Notes: generated by a model from the sequence alone, not told the origin. Positions 27,616 to 42,063 are shown, counted from the stretch's first letter. The stretch is DNA of 64,000 nt from Mobula hypostoma (GCF_963921235.1 NC_086108.1:28584001-28648000), one strand, 5' to 3'. Program-made: numbers and translations.

Positions 27616-29809
27616 AAGTAAAAAGCAAGTTTTTTCTGATAACATTAACAACACGTTACTGAACGTGACAATGTCAGAGAGCCAAACGTTAAAACAAAAA
27701 TGTTAAAGTACAAAACAACCCAAAGTCATGGTGCTAATAGATCTATTAACAGGCATGAGCAGCGCTACATGTCACCTCTTTTGATGGTATCATTAGTAAT
27801 AATGCTGTCATTGGGCAGAAATCAAGAAAGGATTGCAAAGGACATACCTATTATTGATTTTATGTTAATAGTTATTTATGACACTCTTCAATATTGTAAA
27901 GACCTACCTTTCTGCAAAGGGGTGAAAAATCTGGTTTTCTACTACAAATAGCAGGAAGTATTGCACTAAGAGACCAGCTTCAGTGAACATGCCAGCAATG
28001 GAAAATAAGACCACTCATTTGGATCCGATTGTAATACAAATTGGTTTAGTGTTGCATGCAACCAGCCCACCCCAAACCCCTATGGATTAAGGTAAAATTG
28101 TAGGCTTCAGGCAATTTTTTGAAGGGAGTGCGATGAAGTGTAAGAAGGCCTATATACTATTAGTGTTGTATTTCAGGAGGCTGAATAGCTGTTGTTTTCA
28201 CTTCTGAACTACTCGTCCCATGTACACCTGTAGCAGATAAAGAACATCAAACAACACTACCACGAATCATACAGACAATTTAACAAATCACGCATATTTT
28301 GCTATGTTTAACCCTGCTCAAATCAGCAGAATGTTTAATGGCCAGCTGTACAGATGAATTATATGTTTCATGGGAGAAAAATACAACGCATTTAAATTTT
28401 AGTCATTTTGAAGTTAATGAGATTCTTTAGAACTATATATATCAGCACATAAACTAAATATTGTTAACATAGGAAAAAAAAGACTTTGCCAGAAAATATT
28501 TCTGTTAAGGTTGTCCGGTAGAAGATGCTTCAATTACAGAAGTTGGAACAAAATCACCAAGTTCAAAGCAATTACCTAATACATTTGTCATAACTAACAT
28601 GGCGATGACCAAGAGAAAAATTTTCACACAAGTTTCATAGATAAAACTATTTTTAAAAATACATCATTGTCATTAAAGTTTTGAGGCATGAACCCAGGCT
28701 CACCTTGAAATATATTTCAATTAATCAAATTTATTCAGCAGATCTTGCAAACTACAGCTTGAAACAATTAAGGATAATATGACTTCAACATCGCAAGAAA
28801 GAAAACTGTACCTTATCTTTCTTTACTTTTTTTAAAATCAGGATGCAATCCTGTCTTTCTTTAACTCTAGAGATCCTGCAAATATCCCAGTTATTACAAA
28901 CCATGGATGTTAGAATGCAAACTTTCTGTCCCCTCTAAACTTTGTTCTTTTAGTCTTTCTGAGCTTTAAGGAATGCATGTTACACGTCATTTCTCATATC
29001 CACACACAGTATCACGAATCACTGCATTTTCACATACTGTTAATCCATCCCAGGGCATTAAAGCTACATAAATTTTATTGTACTTTCACTTATCTCACTT
29101 GATTCCATCAATGCATTAGGTTCTAGAACCCAGATGTAATCTTATCTAACCAAAGTGTCTCAATTTATTTCTTCATACTTTGAAGTTTCACCAACCTTGA
29201 CTGAGATTAACCTTGTTTTTAAATCATTGTAGGGTGACCATTCATGTAAAGAACTGCTTGGTATCCACAGCTCCTGTGGTAAGCAGTATAATCACAAAGG
29301 AAGTGTTCACTTGACAGAGCCCTTTATTGGCCAAGAAACAAAATAAAACAAATTAAATAAACATATCTGTTGTTATGCTAAGAAGCAGTTCAGCTTCCCC
29401 ACAGAACAGGTTCAATATGGATTTTCATTCCACTGTTTTCCAACCCCACTTGAAGTGATGAGACAACAGAAGAGATTTGAACTTTCTACACTGCCTCATC
29501 TCAGTCTGACAAACTTTTTTACAGTCAGGTTAGAAACACAACATACATCAAAAGATGTTTACGTCTAGTGCTTGGAATCCTTCTACATTTAATTATATTC
29601 AAATTCATGAAGCCTTTTCAGTTGATACACTGGAGTACTCAAGAGTACCAGAAGTTATCCGAAATTCATAAGCTATCATACATCCAACATGTGATGACCA
29701 AAGGTTCAACCAATAATGGCTGAATTTGGCTCAAGTTTCCAAAAGGAGGGTAAACCCACTGAAAGCATCTTGTCACCTGGCTGAGTACTGTAGACCTATG
29801 CTAATTAAC

Positions 29810-30735
29810 TGGCCAAATAAATGGTGACAAATCAGCATATAGGAGAGGAGATTAAAATCTAGCTGAGTGGTGCCACAACAATAACCTCTCACTCAATGCT
29901 AGCAAGACCAAAGAGCTGATTATTGACTAGAGGAGGAGGAAACAGAAGATCCATGATCAAGTCCTCATCAGGGAATCAGAGGTGGAGAGGGTCAGCAATT
30001 TTAAATTCCTCAGTGGCTTGACCCAACACGCAAGGGTCCTAATGAAGAAAGCACAGCAGTGCCACTAATTTCTTAGAAGTTTGCGATGATTTGGCATGTC
30101 ATCTAAAATTTTGACAAGGTTCTACAGATGCGCAGTGGAGAGTATACTGACTGGTTGCATCATAACCTCATATGGAAATACCAATCCCCTTGAATGAAGA
30201 AGCCTACAAAAAGTAGTGAATGCAGCCCAGTCCATCACAGGTAAAGCCTTCTCCATCACTGAGTTTATCTACAAAGATGAGTGCTGTCACAAGAAACCAG
30301 CATGCATCAAGGACTCCCACTATGCAAGCCATGGACTCTTCTCTCTGCTGCCATCAGGAAGGAGGTACAGGACCCTTTAATCCCAAACCAGTAAATTCAG
30401 GAACAGTTATTATCCCTCAACCATCAAGCTCCTGAACCAAAATGGATAACATCACTTACCCCAACACTGAACTAATTCCACAACCTATGGACTCACTTTC
30501 AGATTTCTACAGCTCATGTTCTTAATCTTTATTACTTATTTATTATTATTTTTTCTTTTTGTATTTGCATAATTTGTTGCCTTTTGCACATTGGTTATTC
30601 CTCTTTCTTAGTGTGCAGTTGTTCATTGATTTTATTGATTTCTTTGCATCTACTGTGATGTCCATAACAAAATTAATCTCGGGGTAGTATATGGTGACAT
30701 ATGTGTACTTTGATGATAAATTTCTTTGAACTTTG
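29810..30735 (+). mobile_element. Rex1/Babar LINE 3' fragment
   Basis: Sequence encoding EWCHNNNLSLNASKTKELII; 3' UTR ending tttgaactttga. Confidence 0.8.
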
Positions 30736-31059
30736 AAAAACACAGGACAAAATTATCCCCAATGAACCCACAGAAAAATCTGTCCCTTTAGCAGGCCCAA
30801 ATGCCGTAATGAGTATTCCTTTATAGATCCCATTCTATTTAAGGCACAGCAATGGGAAGACCAAGTTATATTTATTATAGTGGAGATGGCATGAAATAAG
30901 ACTTTTCATTGATTTCACAATGCAAAATACTTTTTGGTCCATAAAGGCTGCATTGGAAATGAAGCAATTTCCAGGATGAGGGAGCATATCTCTCCCACCC
31001 TAGCTAATCTGTATGGGCTTCTTGTATTTTTTTGGAATTGATTTTAAAGATCTCTTACT

Positions 31060-31420
31060 TGTTTTTAAAGCTCCTGATGGTCTGGAACAGGAGTACATCA
31101 CAGAATCCTGCTTGAGTTCTCAGGGCTTGTCCCGCTGGTCTCTTAAATTTAAATAATCTCCCTCAAAAGATCATTGGCAGGTCAGCTTTTTTGAATTTTG
31201 TTCCTAAACTGTGGAATTCAACACTTAAAACTAAGAGATGCAAACTCAGTTGACACTTTTAAACACCAGCTCAAAACCTATTCAATTAACCTCGCTTTAA
31301 ACTAACATTTTTTTAAACTTTTATTTTCATGGTTATTTTATGTTATTTTATTTTCATGTTTGCACTTAGAACTACATTCTTTATATGAAAAGTGCTCTAT
31401 AAATAAGTTATTATTATTAA
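31060..31420 (+). mobile_element. L2-like LINE 3' end
   Basis: cctaaactgtggaattca...ttttaaacaccagctcaaaacctat, ending gtgctctataaataagttattattatt. Confidence 0.6.
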
Positions 31421-32519
31421 TTTCAAAAAAGACTTAAGGTTATAACAGAGAAATCACAATTTAAGCAAATACAACTCCTCTGTCAAATCAAATTGCAAGG
31501 TGCTAAAAATGAATTGGGTTTCTTGATTTTTAAAAAATATTTAAATCTCAATACTTTATTTTCAGTCACCTTCCTATTTACAAAGAAGTGTATAAAAAGG
31601 CACCATTTGGAATGCTCCACTGTTTTTCTCAGCGATTCCAAAACACTATAGTTTGTTAAAAGAGTTCAAAATGCCAACAAAAGGGTTAAGTAGCATTGTC
31701 CAACTAAACAACATTATCAGACCAATTGTTCACTGATAATTGTGGATAATACCTATTTCCATACCTGTAGCCAGCACTGGAATGTGATCCCATCCAGATC
31801 CCTGGGTATGTATACCAGCAGGGGATATTTAACAAGGTGTCATCTCTCACACTCAGAGAGGAAGCAAGCTTAATCAAAACCCTCACAAATAAGGAAATCT
31901 GAATCCAAGAGGTGTGAAAGAAACCCACTGAACCTTAAGTGCAGCAAAACAGAAAAATATTTCACAGAGGTTAGTCTCCTTGCATACAAGCTGCTTCCAC
32001 ATCAATATACCTCAATACTTTTCATGCTTACTCATTATCATTTGGGCAAAATTTGTTTAAGATGCAATTTATAGCAGAAAATTGGGACTTACGTATAGTA
32101 AATCGTGTGGAGCTTCTCAAGTAAGAGATGTGGCACAGCTGCAAATTACGAGTGTTCAGCAGCATCATCAATTCATCTTCAAATAGTCTCTTTATTCAGA
32201 GTTTGTTCTAATACGTGGCAGCAGAAGCGCTTCCAGCTCTTATATATCTTTAGTGGTAATGAAAGGTAGAGGTGCAAGAAAAAGTGAAGTGAAGCAAAGG
32301 AGGTCAGCCATCAATAAGATTCAGCCCAACTGGGATCAGATGAGTGATATAAAAAATAATGGGGTACAGAAGATATCAATTGATTTAAAGAAGAACAAGA
32401 AGAAGCAAGCTCAGATTGTGTAGAGCAAGTTGAAGACAGAATCAGAGCCATACGTGCATTTAAACAAAACAAGATGCTACAGCAAGATACCACTAAGGTT
32501 AAAATTCAGTGGAAAGTAC

Positions 32520-34100
32520 TTTGAATTAGAATTAGAATCAGGTTTAATTTCATCAGCAAAAGTTGTGAAATTTGGTGCTTTGTGGCAGCAGTACATTGTA
32601 ATACATACTAATAAAAAAATATAAGTTCCAATATAGTACTTAAAAGGTAAAATAAATAAGTTGTGCAAACGAGAGGAAAAAAATACTGAGGGTTCATGGG
32701 TTCATTGTCCATTCAGAAATCTGATGACAGGGGGAAGAAGCAGTTCTGAAATTCTGAATGCGTGTCTTCAGACTCCTATATTTCCTCTTCGTTGGTAGCA
32801 ATAAGAGGGCACGTCTGGGTGATGGGGGTCCTTATTGATGGATGCCACCTTTTCGAGCTATTGCTTTTTGAAGGTGTCCTGGATGCTGGAGCTAGTTGAG
32901 CTTACAACTTTCTGCAGATTTTTCCAATCCAGTGCAGAGGCTCCTCCATGCCAGATTATTCAATATGTATTTATTGACTGAATGATTGAGATGTAGTGCA
33001 GAATAGGCACAGCAAAGGTTCACCCTCTTGAAAGATGTTCTGATATCAGCTTCTGAGACAGAGATCACAGGATCATTGGATGCTGCAGCGATTTGCAAAG
33101 ATGTGGTTCTATTCTCGAAGGCACTCATCCACACAGGTTTTAATGAAGTCGGTGATAACTATGGCATATTCAATCAGGCTCGAAGATGAATCCCTGAATA
33201 TTATCCAGTCCACCAATTCAAAGCAGTACTGTAAACCCTCCTCGGGCTCCCTTGACCATAGCTTCTTGGTCCTCGGCATGGATGCTGCGGTCTTTAGTCT
33301 CTGCCTACATGCTCGGAATAGAAGTACAGCCAGCTGATCAGACTTTCCAAAGTGTGAGTATGGGATGGCATGGAAGCATTCTTGATGGTAGTGTAACAGT
33401 GCTCAAGTGTGTTGACTCCTCGGGTTCAACGGGTGATATGTAGTTGTTCAGAGATTTCTTCAAGCTGGCCTGGTTGAAATCTCTCACAATGTTAGGGAAT
33501 GGATCCGGGTATGCAGTGTCCAGCTTGCTGATTATGTTAGCTCAATTTCTCCAGAGCCTGCCTATGTGGAATGTACACCACTACCAGGAAGATGGCACAA
33601 AATTTCCTCAACAGATAAAATTGACAGCATTTAACTGTTAGGTCGGATGAGCAAAACTGAGATAGAACCACCATGTTTGTGCACCTCGATGAGTTCATCA
33701 TGAAGCATACTCCACCTTATCTGCCTTTAAAAGACTGAGCTGTTCGACTTGGCAGAGAATAGTGAAACCATTGAGCTGTAGCGCTATGTCCAAAAAGATG
33801 TTGGGGACCATGTTTCCAAGAAGCAACATACACAGCAGTCCCTGATGTCCCTCTGGTACAGAAACCTTGCTCTAATGACTTCCAGAGACTGTACATTCGC
33901 CAGCAGGATAGTCACGAGTAGGGATCTCAAGCCTCTGTATTTCAAATTAACTTATGGACTGAAGCAACATCCCCACTTGTTTTCTTACAGTGAAACTCTT
34001 GTCATGACCCAAGTCTGCCATCCAAGGCTCGATTTTGCGTATCGATAGATTTTTTTCCAACATCTTAAAATGATGCTGCTTACAGAAGTACTCATGGATG
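32520..34100 (-). mobile_element. Degenerate, internally deleted Rex1/Babar LINE
   Basis: Tail attagaatca at about 32530, VISVSEADIRTSFKRVN, and endonuclease-region remnants. Confidence 0.65.
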
Positions 34101-34214
34101 TGATTGTGGATTTCAGCTGCAGTAGACCTAAATGGGAATATCTGATGATTTCATCGGAGCTACACGCAAATAGCCTTTGTCATCCAAAGCTTTCTGCTTC
34201 TCACACTGGTTCAA

Positions 34215-34380
34215 ATGGGTAATACTTTCCACTCTTGATCAAGTTATATGTTGAGTGCTCAGTTCAGAGACCTGAGCTCAAAAATCATTGCTGACATGCC
34301 AATCTAGTGCTGAGGGAATGCTATGTGGTCAGAGGCACAGTGTTCAAACAAGACTTTAAAATAAAGTTCTGCCTGACAAG
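34215..34380 (+). mobile_element. Ancient Deu-domain SINE remnant (SacSINE1/AmnSINE-like)
   Basis: cagagacctgagctcaaaaatcattgctgaca...gtgctgagggaatgcta...tcagaggcac...caagactttaaa resembles the Deu-SINE body as I recall it. Confidence 0.5.
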
Positions 34381-36268
34381 AGCATGGAGAAAACAGTTCA
34401 TGTTTTGAAAGGCTCCTTCAAAACATGCAATCTGCTAATCAACTCATGGGAATCCCTGCTAAACGTTCACTCAAAGCAGAGAAGGAGCACTCAGGAGAAC
34501 ATGAATGCTAAGTAAAAACTGTGTGAAGTCATCATCATCTCCCATTTTGCCCACCCATCTGTTTAAACATCTTTTGTCTCATCCATGGCAGTGTATACAG
34601 GTACCGCCTAAGAACAAGTGTGGAAGCAAGTGATATTTGACCTTGAGGGACAACAAAAGAAGATGATAAACAAAGAGTACAGTTATGCAAAAATTTCAAC
34701 TGCTTTGAAAGCTGCCCAACAAATAAGTAGACCAATTTCTACAATAAAAGAATAAAGTGGTACCACTTAAAAACAGTGCACTTAAATGACTGAGCCATAA
34801 GATATCATTTCAAGATAATCATTTTAAATTAACTCAAAGCACTGCACCTACAATGAAAATAACAAAATGCTTATTGCTTATACAGCGAGATTTTTTATGC
34901 TCTTCTGACTACACGGTTACATGCCACTTGATTATTACACGTCTTGCAAGAGTAAGTAAGTATTGAGACATCAATGGGCACAGTCATTTCTCACAAAATC
35001 ACAGTTATACAAGCAGTTTATTGCCTTGGTAACAAGGTTGATGATGGCAATAGTTGTAACCATTACACTAAGTGTGGTAATCTCTTAATATCAGAATCAG
35101 AATCAGCTTTATTATTAGCGGCATGTGACAAGAAATTTGTTAACTTAGCAGCAGCAGTTCAATGCAATACATAGTCTAGCAGAGAGAGACAAAAAAAATT
35201 AATAAAATAAAACAATAATTAAACAAGTAAATCAATTATGTATATTGAATAGATTTTTTAAAATGTGCAAAAACAGAAATACTGTATATTAAAAAAGGTA
35301 TTAAAAATATCTGCAAAATTGGTCCTTCCAAATATACAAAATAAGGGAAGGATGATAAAAATGGTCAAATTACCATATCCCAGGAACAAACAGTATTAAA
35401 ATATTTTTCCATTAAGATAAAAGAGTTGTTTAGTATGGTACCTTTTCATAGGTTACCAGGAATTGGAATGTACCACCTGTTGGTGCAGTTTTTCCATCAT
35501 ATTGCAGATATTATTCCATTAGAATTCAAAGCGACTCCAGAAATCTAAAGTGCAGGTGTTTTCAGACTAGTTACTTCGCATATTAGATTTTCAGTATCAT
35601 GAATCATTGTCTCTGGCTATCTCTGGGGAAATTGGAAATACCAACAAGTAAGGTGCTGTGCCTATGAGGAATTTATTAATGGGTTAAATTCCCAAGCGTG
35701 GACTAATTAGATGTATTTACCCCAGAGGGGAAGCAAACTCAACAATTCACCTTCATTGGCACCACATATTCTGTACCATTTACACATCTATTTTTATTTC
35801 AAGCTAAGAGAAACAAGGGATTTGTCAAAACACTGTGTCTTACTCATCATAAAGTAAAAAGAACAGTGGCAAATGCCAATAGTTTTACAAGAAATTATGT
35901 TTCCTTTTACATGCTGATTGACCAGCAGCACGTTTGCTGTTATATTTCATAGAGCTTGCAGGTTCATACAACAATGAGAATACGGAACGCAAGACCAGAA
36001 AAAGATTAAAGAAATAGTATGGATATAGTTAAAGACAGGCTAGATATGCAAATGAGAGAGAAGGTAGGGTCCTGTTTCTCTGCAATGCAATGTAATTATA
36101 TGCAATGAAGCCACAGAATTTGACCCACTGTTTCCACCTGTGATATAAATACAAACCATTTTAAATTAAATATTTTTCTATGTGTATACTTTCTTTCAAA
36201 AAAGAAACCAGATCAATCATTTGTGCAAACTGCTACTGCAATAATGTAAAGGTGCCATCCAAATTTAC

Positions 36269-36358
36269 CTGACTATTGATTTCAGCTTTTTGTTGAAGCA
36301 ACATTCCAACCAGCTCTTTATGTCCTCGGTCACATGCCCAATGCAGTAATGCTCTGCC
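36269..36358 (-). CDS. ACBD6: ACBD6 coding exon, first ankyrin repeat, 90 nt
   Basis: Minus strand reads ctctag|GGC AGA GCA...AGT CAG|gtaaat and translates GRALLHWACDRGHKELVGMLLQQKAEINSQ, an ankyrin repeat matching recalled ACBD6 GRALLHWACDRGHKELVTVLLQHRADINCQ. Confidence 0.96.
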
Positions 36359-36809
36359 CTAGAGATGGAAATTAACGTATGCTTATTTACAAGGCACTAC
36401 CTGAAAAGTCATCCACGTTGCTAAAGGAAATAGAAAACAGGATATTTGTAAATTATGAGAAAATGAGAGTTCTTGAAGATAAAGTGCCCTTGACATCAAG
36501 AACAAACGACCAAACATGGCAGCTGTTATCCATCAATGCATTTTTCCTGTCTGTCTTATATTTGTTTACTTATTTAAAACTTTTTGCAACTCTAATTTTT
36601 TTCCAGATAAAAATTATTTTAAATGTTAACTTTGTTTCACTCTTCTGGTGCTGTCTGAGTGTTTCTAGTACAGGCAGTTCTGGATTATGGAAACTCAAAT
36701 TAAGCACACCCTACATATGAATGAGCTCCTTCTTATTAAATTCAGAAGTCTGATGTAAATAACCATGTTTAATTCTACAAACAGCAGAACTAGTCTCTTA
36801 TCTCTCTTC

Positions 36810-38460
36810 GCAGACACAAGGAAATCTGTAGATGCTGGAAATTCAAGCAACACACACCAAAAAATGCTGGTGAACGCAGAAGGTCAGGCAGCATCTATAG
36901 GAAGAGGTACAGTCGACGTTTTGGGCCGGGACCCTTCGTCAGGACTAACTGAAAGAAGAGATAGTAAGAGATTTGAAAATAGGAGGGGGAGGGGGAGATC
37001 CGAAATGATAGGAGAAGACAGGAGGGGAGGGGTGGATCTAAGAGCTGGAAAGTTGATTGGCAAAAGGGATACCAGACTGGAGAACAGGATCATGGGACGG
37101 GAAGCCTGGGGAGAGAGAGAAGGGGAGAGGGCAGCCCGGCAGGTGGAGAGCTGGCAAGGGGTTATACTGAGAGGGGCAGAGGGAGAAAAAAGAGAGAGAA
37201 AAAAAAGGGGGGAAATAAAAAATATATTAAATAAATAAATAAGGGATGGGGTGTGAAGGGGAGGAGGGGCATTAACGGATGTTAGAGAAGTCAATATTCA
37301 TGCCATCAGGCTGGAGGCTATCCAGATGGAATATAAGGTGTTGTTCCTCCAACCTGAGTGTGGCTTCATCTTGACAGTAGAGGAGGCCGTAGATAGACAT
37401 ATCAGAATGGGAATGGGACGTGGAATTAAAATGTGTGGCCATTGGGAGATCTTGTTTTCTCTGGTGGACAGAGTGTAGGTGTTCAGCGAAACGGTCTCCC
37501 AGCCTGCGTCGGGTCTCGCCAATATATAAAAGGCCGCACTGGGAGCACCGGACACAGTATATCACCCCAGCCGACTCACAGGTGAAGTGTCGCCTCACAT
37601 GGAAGGACTGTCTGGAGCCCTGAATGGTGAGGGAGGAAGTGTAAGGGCATGTGTAGCACTTGTTCCACTTGTTCCGCTTACAAGGATAAGTGCCCGGAGA
37701 GAGATCGGTGGGAAGGGACAAATGAACAAGGGAGTCGCGGAGGGAGCGATCCCTGCAGAAAGCAGTGGGGTGGGGGGAGAGAAAGATGTGCTTGGTGGTG
37801 GGATCCCGTTGGAGGTGGTGGAAGTTACGGAGAATTATATGTTGGACCCGGAGGCTGGTGAGGTGATAGGTTAGGACAAGGGGAACCCTATTCCTAGTTG
37901 GGTGGCGGGAGGATGGGGTGAGAGCAGATGTGCGTGAAATGGGAGAGATGCGTTTGAGAGCAGAGTTGATGGCGGAGGAAGGGAAGCCTCTTTCTTTAAA
38001 AAAGGAAGACATCTCCTTCATCCTGGAATGAAAAGCCTCATCCTGAGAGCAGATGCGGCAGAGATGGAGGAATTGCGAGAAGGGGATAGCATTTTTGCAA
38101 GAGACAAGGTGGGAAGAGGAATAGTCCAGGTAGCTGTGAGAGTCCGTAGGCTTATAGTAGACATCAACAGATAAGCTGTCTCCAGAGATAGAGACAGAAA
38201 GATCAAGAAAGGGGAGGGAGGTGTCGGAAATGGACCAGGTAAATTTGAGTGCAGGGTGAAAGTTGGAGGCAAAGTTAATGAAGTCAACGAACTCAGCATG
38301 CATGCAGGAAGCAGCACCAATGTAGTCACCTATGTAGCGAAGGAAAAGAGGGGGACAGATACCAGTATAGGCTTGGTACATGGATTGTTCCACAAAGCCA
38401 ACAAGAAGACAGGCATAGCTGAGACCCATACGGGTGCCCATGGCTACACCTTTAGTTTAG
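36810..38460 (-). mobile_element. Penelope-like element, 5'-truncated (RT C-terminal part, GIY-YIG endonuclease, 3' pLTR)
   Basis: The 389-aa ORF 37272..38441 has MGTRMGLSYA and FLRYIGD (degenerate YxDD) RT motifs and the GIY-YIG-type motif VIYCVRCSQCGLLYIGETRRRLGDRFAEH. A 12-bp direct repeat ttatctctcttc flanks it at 36798-36809 and 38461-38472. Confidence 0.93.
36911..36946 (-). ncRNA. Penelope minimal type I hammerhead motif with a core G12-to-A change (probably inactive)
   Basis: AGUC-CUGACGA-AGGGUCCCGGCCC-AAAA-C-GUC-GACU. Stem I AGUC/GACU pairs, but the GAAA core reads AAAA. Confidence 0.75.
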
Positions 38461-39878
38461 TTATCTCTCTTCATTTTTAGTTATTATTCTTATCAGTCTT
38501 GGGTATTTTTGATGTCTTTCATAACAATATCATGGAGTTACTGCATGGTGTGAAATTTATTGTATTTTCCCACTTATGAACAAAATTGACACAAGGACAT
38601 CTGCAAAAACAGAAGCTGTTCATTACTCAGGAATGGGTTGTGTTTTGTTTTAGCTTAGAATATCAGCATCTGTGATACTTTGCTATTAAATAAGTTTCAC
38701 CCCACTGATTATAGATGCTATCAAAAAAATCACACTTGATTTGCAAACTCTAAATAGGAGGGAAAAGGCCAACTCAATAACATGGGGCAAGAGATTAAAT
38801 AATTAAGTAAAATAGCAAAGTTCAAGCTTTCAAAATAAAAGAGAAGGGCTGAAGTGACTTATTGGGCTGGTCACAAATCCTATGGTTGCAATGAAGGCAT
38901 GTTTTGCTGTACACTTACATATAAACTATACAACACACCATTAAGTTACACAAATTCTTAGTAAGTATGAGGAAATAGATCTGTTTGGGTTAAATTATAA
39001 CTATAGTTGCATAACACAAATCAGGAAGAAAATATGAGGCAGATTTCTACACTAAGACTGAGATAGACACCACAGCCGAATATGATTTTGCACCTGCTGA
39101 TTTTCTCTCAGAACCTACTAATATATTTTGTTTATCAAATATTATAGATAACCCTTATAATCCTATCAACTGGCTTGGTTACGATATTTTGATCAGTTGT
39201 TGTAATTTATGTCATGCATATTTGTTTTGTTATCTGATTGTGGACAATTAACTAAAAGGTAATTGAGAATTCATATTGATGTGTATTGGAGATCACCAGT
39301 TACTCATTCAAAAACTATCAGATTTTCAGGACATCTTACTGCCTAAATAAAAGTTAAGCTACTAGTGTAAACACACTAAGTTAATGTTATCCAAAGCACA
39401 ACGATAGGTTTATGCTAAGGAGGGATTAAACTCTCAGTGAAGATCATACATGAGATTTCTCTGTGTACAGCACAATTTCAATACCATTGCATGATACAAA
39501 ATTTAAGCAATTGCTAAAATTGTATGAAATATCAAGAGTCGTTATGGTTAAAAAGGCAGATATTTGATCTGTGTTTTCAAATAAACCCTGCTGAATTCCA
39601 CATGTCTCAATCCATGAATGTGTAAGGACTACAGTTGTTCAAATGTGTGACACATTTTATTCTTTTTAAGTGGGTGATGAGGATGAAGAGAGAAAATGGA
39701 GATTTTCTTAGTTATTATCAGACTGCTTTGAATTGCTGCTATAGATACTGCCCTCTACTGCTGATGCTTTGCCAATACCTGCTCAATAAACAGTCTAAAC
39801 TGCTCACTGTTCCTACCTTGCACTAACATTACAGGAGACAATTAAGTGGATAACCATTTGCAAATAAATAAATAAATT

Positions 39879-39896
39879 TATATATATATATATATA
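39879..39896. repeat. (TA)n microsatellite
   Basis: Visible tatatatatatatatata run. Confidence 0.85.
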
Positions 39897-40632
39897 AATA
39901 AAATGTATGAAACTGAACAACATTTTGGGTGATTTTGTGACATAGTAATAGACTGTTATGAGGTCCTTTCAGTATTAACGACACATCAAAACAGCATGCT
40001 ATGCTATTGTGGAGAGGTAAGAATGCGGTCCACCACTTGGTTTACTCAAAACTTCTGTCTGGATTCAGCAATCTCTTCGGTAGAAATTATCCTTTTCTTT
40101 GGAACTCCAAACAGTTCACAAATAATAAATGTCAAATATTGGATTTGCTACTGACCCTTCAGGGGTGGTACCTGGATTTAAAGAAATTCCTTCCCAAAGC
40201 AGGAATATAGTGGGCTCAGAGGATTGGCAAACCATATTTCAAAAGTTTTAAGACTTAATCCAGGTTTTATTTTTATAGAAATGCAATGCTGATTGGATCT
40301 ATAATTGGTTTCCTTCACAGAGATATCATTAAAAACAAGGAGAGGACAATATAGATACAGAAATCAATATAATGAAATGAATATTGCTACTTTGTTATTT
40401 AAGTAAACTAAAAATATACTGCAATTCACAAATAATTTAATTATAGAAATATACCAGAATATGTTTTAAACAATCCCTGTATGTGACAAATCAATATTTT
40501 AATGTGAGGTTCTAACAAGTAGGCAAAACTAATGAAAACTTATATGTACGGATGAAATGGTTACTACAGAATCGAGATTAAAAAAAAATTAATGCATGCA
40601 ATGAATTGAGAAACTATCACTAAAAAATGTAC

Positions 40633-40738
40633 CTCCTCATCCTTCAGGTTAACATCCACGTTCTTAGATACAAGAGCTTTTAAAACATGATCAATGTTGT
40701 TCTCTCTGCAGTGATCAAATATAGTTTTGTCTTCTTCC
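40633..40738 (-). CDS. ACBD6: ACBD6 internal coding exon, 106 nt
   Basis: Minus strand reads tttttcag|G GAA GAA GAC...GAG GAG|gtacat and translates (R)EEDKTIFDHCRENNIDHVLKALVSKNVDVNLKDEE, matching recalled ACBD6 EEDKNIFDYCRENNIDHITKAIKSKNVDVNVKDEE. Phase is compatible with both neighbouring exons. Confidence 0.96.
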
Positions 40739-42063
40739 CTGAAAAATAAAGGAAGTAAAGCATTTTAATACAGGCTGCACAGAGAGATTGCAAAATAATT
40801 GGAAAAGTGTTGAGATGATGGATGACAGAGTGAATATAACCAACTTCTACTTCAATAGTCTAGACAAAACCAACAGAACATTTAACTTTCCCTTTTCTCC
40901 AAAATCCTTATGAAAATACAATCTTCATCTTTAGTTCCAGTGCTTCATGAGCTAACAAAAATAAGTTCGATGGACTCACAATCAACTATGTTTCAAAAGA
41001 TTCTTAACTGTGACCCCACTGCAGAATTTTGAAGGCAGTGGCAATTCAATGAAACATGTTGTGAGTACTGCATTATTCACAGCACCAACACTGAATGAGA
41101 ATTTAAACCAAGCGTCTTCCAGTCCATTCTAAGAATACGACACCAGGTGTTGATATGTTCATTTCCCTTCTTGACCAACAACCCTTCCTTAATCAGTTCC
41201 TACTCAGTCATATTTTCACAGGAACAACGAATAATATAATGAATGAGTATTTGAAAACTAATGTTAATTCAATACTGCTAGTGCATGATTTTTGAAAGAT
41301 AAGATGAGGTTAATATGCTTTGAAAATTAGACTACTAGATGAATCAAGCATTATTGAGCTTCTGGGGGTATTTCTCACCAGTTTTCCTCTTGTACAATTG
41401 AAAAATGTTGAGCCAATAACTGTCAAATGGGGCTGGCTTGCCTTTAGGAGTGAAGCAAATGTCAGGCCATCCTTACATTTTACTACATTGGATGCTGTTC
41501 AACAGAAATTAAGGGCTATCATGAGCACATATGCCATAGGAGTGATGGATCAATTTACATGTACCGAAATTGTGGAATACAAAACAATATCGTAATGATT
41601 ATACACTAATTATAATCCAATCCCATCATTAAAATTATTCCTTATGAAAAGAAAGGAAAGAAAAGGGTGAAGAAAATAGACATAAATGCAAATTCTACCA
41701 TGTCCGCAAAACATTTCAACCATGAGATAAACTGGCAGGAAGAGAATAAAAGGACAAAGATCAGAAGATCTCTTTTCTTTTATTTGTTCTTGAGATGTGA
41801 CCAACACAGTGATGCAACTGGTTGCTCCAAGAATTAAAGAATTAGTATCAAGCCATTCATTATGTTAAAATTGTGGAACTGTAATAATATGTCGGCCGAG
41901 GCCAATAGATTTTGCCTCCTGGGGAGAACAATGATTAACTACTGTCATTTTAGTGTTACTGGGCTTCACATGTTTCTAGATTTAGTGAATTATTTTCAAG
42001 ATTTAGATGGAGCTATCTAAGCTCTCAGGCTTTAACTTGTTAATCAGTAATATAGCCACTCAT

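Noticed and set aside
1..36268. The next ACBD6 exon (short, expected to encode a DxEGQTxLHY-like motif)
   Set aside because: I found no matching minus-strand exon by eye. It probably lies left of the window, although a very short exon could have been missed.
36765..37294. ORFs 36765..37238(+) and 36884..37294(-) as novel genes
   Set aside because: They are low-complexity translations of the purine-rich Penelope 3' UTR and pLTR.
37272..38441. Active or domesticated Penelope protein
   Set aside because: The element is 5'-truncated within the RT and the catalytic motif reads YIGD instead of YIDD.
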